Shown one piece after another: positions 61,827 to 64,000 of a stretch of DNA of 64,000 nucleotides (position 1 is the stretch's first letter; each line of letters begins with the position of its first letter). A program made the translations under genes and the position numbers. The stretch lies in NCBI GenBank assembly GCA_018238155.1, contig JABCTZ010000017.1, positions 116,949-180,948 of the forward strand. The letters are read 5' to 3'. The stretch is from Candidatus Heimdallarchaeota archaeon (GTDB lineage: Archaea > Asgardarchaeota > Heimdallarchaeia > JABLTI01). The notes below the pieces were generated by a model. It was not told the origin of the DNA and searched no databases. It was given only the letters and a program-made list of their open reading frames with translations.

Positions 61827-62144
61827 TTATTCTTCACTAACTGTAATATATCCTTCTCCATTTTTAAATCCTATATCTCGGAAATAGGTAATTTGAGATC
61901 GAAAATATTCTTGATTATAGTTGATTTTTTCAATAACAAACTCAATTAAATCTTCAGAAGGATTTTGTGCAATAAATTCTTTTAATAACTCCCTTTGTTG
62001 TTGTAAAATAAAATTTATTTCACTAACTTTCTCAATATGGGAAAGAATTTCATCATTCAAAATTTTGAATTGTGTTAGTAAATAAGATGTATCCAAAGTA
62101 GTATCTCCATATCTATCAATAATGAATTCTTTATATTTAAACAA
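61827..62144 (-). CDS. Hypothetical protein or gene fragment
   Basis: 105-aa ORF filling the R2b-R3 cassette; no motif. Confidence 0.35.
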   Translation of the reverse strand: MFKYKEFIIDRYGDTTLDTSYLLTQFKILNDEILSHIEKVSEINFILQQQRELLKEFIAQNPSEDLIEFVIEKINYNQEYFRSQITYFRDIGFKNGEGYITVSEE

Positions 62145-62171
62145 AAGCAGTATTGAAATGTTGATTTATTC

Positions 62172-62201
62172 TTCCCTGTTCAAATCCGGGATCGCCCACC
62201 A
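62172..62201 (+). repeat. tRNA 3'-fragment repeat R3
   Basis: TTCCCTGTTCAAATCCGGGATCGCCCACCA. Confidence 0.92.
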
Positions 62202-62293
62202 TTTTCTTTCTCTCTTTTTTTCTCTCCTAGCAAGTACTATTGTTTTTATAGTACAAAAACAGTACTATTTTAGTGATTAGTTGAGGTGGTATT

Positions 62294-62530
62294 TTGACTA
62301 CAATATCCGTTTCATTAGACGAAGAACTTCTTGAATGGTTAGATCAGCTTATTGAACGTGGTGTGATCAAGTCTCGTAGTGAAGCCGTTCGTGGTGGAAT
62401 TTTCTCTTATGTTCAAGAAAAGCTTGGTATTTCTTCTCGAGCTGATTTACGTGAGTTTCTTAAGAAACAGCAACAGAAACCTTTTCAATCTGGTGTTGAA
62501 GCAATTCGTTCAGTGAGGCAAGAAGAATAA
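62294..62530 (+). CDS. Ribbon-helix-helix (CopG/NikR-type) antitoxin
   Basis: TISVSLDEELLEWLDQLIERGVIKSRSEAVR; 1-nt overlap with PIN gene. Confidence 0.88.
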   Translation: MTTISVSLDEELLEWLDQLIERGVIKSRSEAVRGGIFSYVQEKLGISSRADLREFLKKQQQKPFQSGVEAIRSVRQEE

Positions 62531-63009
62531 TGGCTCTTTATCTGGACACCAATGTCTTCTATCATGCTTATTGTCCTATTGAAGATGCTTCGATAGTTGA
62601 TTGGTTATTTTCTCAGGTTCATCCTGACTTTCCTGCTATTACTAGTGAGTGGTGTCTTATTGAGATGTTTCGAGCCTTCAAAAAACAAGTAAATTTGGGA
62701 ACTATCTCAGAAAAAAATGCTGAAATAGCTATTGACTTTTTTTTGAGTGATGTTGGAGAGATGGTTAAGAAAAAGCTCCTTTTACTTGCTCCCGTTTCTC
62801 ATGCTCTTCTTATTACTTCTCGAGAACATATCTTTGCTTCCAATCTATATGCTGCTGATGCCTTACATGCTACTACTGCTCTAAAATATAAAGCTAGAGC
62901 TTTCATTACTTTTGATTCTGACTTTAAATCCAATCTCAAATCCATGCCTATTTTTAATCCCTCTTCTCAAAATTTCAAAGCAAGTATTGGTAAATTGTTA
63001 TCAATTTAA
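62530..63009 (+). CDS. vapC: VapC/PIN toxin
   Basis: LYLDTNVF, TSEW..IE, LYAADALHATTA, FITFDSDF. Confidence 0.9.
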   Translation: MALYLDTNVFYHAYCPIEDASIVDWLFSQVHPDFPAITSEWCLIEMFRAFKKQVNLGTISEKNAEIAIDFFLSDVGEMVKKKLLLLAPVSHALLITSREHIFASNLYAADALHATTALKYKARAFITFDSDFKSNLKSMPIFNPSSQNFKASIGKLLSI

Positions 63010-63027
63010 TCAATATAGAAAAAAGCT

Positions 63028-63057
63028 TCCTCGGTTCAAATCCGGAATCGTCCACAA
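63028..63057 (+). repeat. tRNA 3'-fragment repeat R4
   Basis: TCCTCGGTTCAAATCCGGAATCGTCCACAA. Confidence 0.85.
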
Positions 63058-63528
63058 TTATCTTTTCTCTTGTTTATTGTATTCTTCCCATAAAATTATA
63101 TTGAATTTTTCGTTTATGCTCTCTATTATATCATTCCACTCATCGTGCACTTTCTTCTTTAGTTCTTTATCTAGTGTTAGCATTCCCTCTGCGTAATAAA
63201 CTGCTGTTGCAACCATTAAACAATCAATATGATCACTGTGACTTTTTCGCAGTTCGCTAGCTAATGCTTGTATTTCTGCATAATGTATGGGAATAATTTC
63301 TATTTTTTCTAGGTATTGTATTGCCGTAATTCCCTGTGTTAATTCTTCAGTTGATATCTTCTTCTTATTGACTAACTTGCTTCCTTTTGCAGACACTTCA
63401 AAAATCACCAACTCTGATCTGATGATCACTTCGTTTTCCATTAGTTCTAGTATTGCTTTTCTTGGGAATTGTACAATATCTACAGCTAAAAATGGCATAA
63501 AGAAAGAGCTATCCAATAACAGTTTCAT
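63058..63528 (-). CDS. vapC: VapC/PIN toxin
   Basis: LLLDSSFFMP, SELVIFE, DHIDCLMVATA, LTLD; stop abuts R4. Confidence 0.9.
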   Translation of the reverse strand: MKLLLDSSFFMPFLAVDIVQFPRKAILELMENEVIIRSELVIFEVSAKGSKLVNKKKISTEELTQGITAIQYLEKIEIIPIHYAEIQALASELRKSHSDHIDCLMVATAVYYAEGMLTLDKELKKKVHDEWNDIIESINEKFNIILWEEYNKQEKR

Positions 63529-63758
63529 TTCTCTGTATCCTTGCTTAACTTCCTTCTATGTTCTTTGAATTCTTCAAAGGTAATTGTGACTTTTGCTGGT
63601 TTTTCCAATAATTCTTCAGGTGTTGCAACCTTTTCTACCACTAATCTTCCTTGCACTATTCTGTACAAAACTCTTTGACCTTTTTTTAGTCCTATTTTTT
63701 CTCTGACTTTTTTAGGTGGAAATAACTCACCTTTAGAACCTACTTTACCTATAGACAT
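63525..63758 (-). CDS. AbrB/MazE family antitoxin
   Basis: KVGSKGELFPPKKVREKIGLKKGQRV; 4-nt overlap with PIN gene. Confidence 0.9.
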   Translation of the reverse strand: MSIGKVGSKGELFPPKKVREKIGLKKGQRVLYRIVQGRLVVEKVATPEELLEKPAKVTITFEEFKEHRRKLSKDTEK

Positions 63759-63814
63759 AATTTCACCAGATAAACATTCTTTTCTCTGGTATAAAAACCT
63801 TTCATAAAATCTTT

Positions 63815-63849
63815 GGAAGTCCCTGGTTTAAATCTGGGATCGCCCACCA
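63815..63849 (+). repeat. tRNA 3'-fragment repeat R5
   Basis: GGAAGTCCCTGGTTTAAATCTGGGATCGCCCACCA (3 C>T vs R2). Confidence 0.93.
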
Positions 63850-63858
63850 TTATCTTTT

Positions 63859-64000
63859 CTACTCTTCTTTTTTCTTGATTTCTTTTGCTATTTCCTCTAT
63901 TGATAATTCTTTTAACCACTCTTTTCTTTCGTATAATCCCCTTCCCCTTTTTCGAACATTTGCAAAAATCGTATCATATCTGTTACTCCTAGTTCTCTTT
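63859..64000 (-). pseudogene. 3' part of a small antitoxin-like gene, frameshifted (partial at window edge)
   Basis: RELGVTDMIRFLQMFEKGEGDYT then a frame change to ERKEWLKELSIEEIAKEIKKKEE*; resembles small PIN-partner proteins. Confidence 0.5.

Larger units (their letters stand above)
48055..64000. mobile_element. tRNA-anchored island / cassette array (continues beyond the window)
   Basis: Starts right after the tRNA-Val CCA; Cas1-like, Cas4-like, nucleases, RadA paralog, TA modules, repeated tRNA 3' fragments, internal duplications. Confidence 0.85.

Noticed and set aside
58576-63849. Intact or split tRNA genes at the repeats
   Set aside because: No 5' acceptor strand, D arm or anticodon arm upstream of any copy; several copies have T-stem or CCA damage; no shared complementary leader for trans-splicing is visible.

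Overview
Low-GC archaeal chromosomal segment, most likely from an Asgard archaeon (inferred from intron-containing tRNAs, archaeal PurP/AbrB-PhoU/RadA types, a longin/roadblock-like protein and C-terminal TM+basic-tail surface proteins). 1-47.9 kb is core genome: tRNA-Arg(TCT), a phosphate-uptake locus (2x pstB, 2x pstS, pstC, pstA, phoU, AbrB-PhoU, PiT, 2x DUF47), a purine cluster (2x purP-like, purE, D, F, L, Q, S, M) and assorted enzymes and transporters. From the CCA of tRNA-Val(GAC) (48054) to the window end lies an accessory island. Its key features: (1) a 627-aa protein whose C-terminal ~390 aa align by eye with a complete, very divergent Cas1 (E387/H468/D481/E484), fused to an N-terminal wHTH and two Cys clusters, next to a Cas4-like nuclease, with no CRISPR array, cas2, PolB or tyrosine recombinase in view; (2) six direct repeats of a 35-nt tRNA 3' fragment (tRNA positions ~42-76, ending in CCA) that do not match the flanking tRNA-Val and that separate 0.5-2.3 kb gene cassettes, mostly toxin-antitoxin/PIN modules. 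Together these suggest a possibly undescribed Cas1-associated, tRNA-end-punctuated cassette array (integron/CRISPR-like gene capture); the Cas1-array link is inference from proximity. The island also carries a degenerate RadA, a nuclease/HEAT/LAGLIDADG operon and 42-bp-phased iteron-like repeats, and A/T strand skew flips sharply at tRNA-Val. All assignments are by eye; no searches were run.
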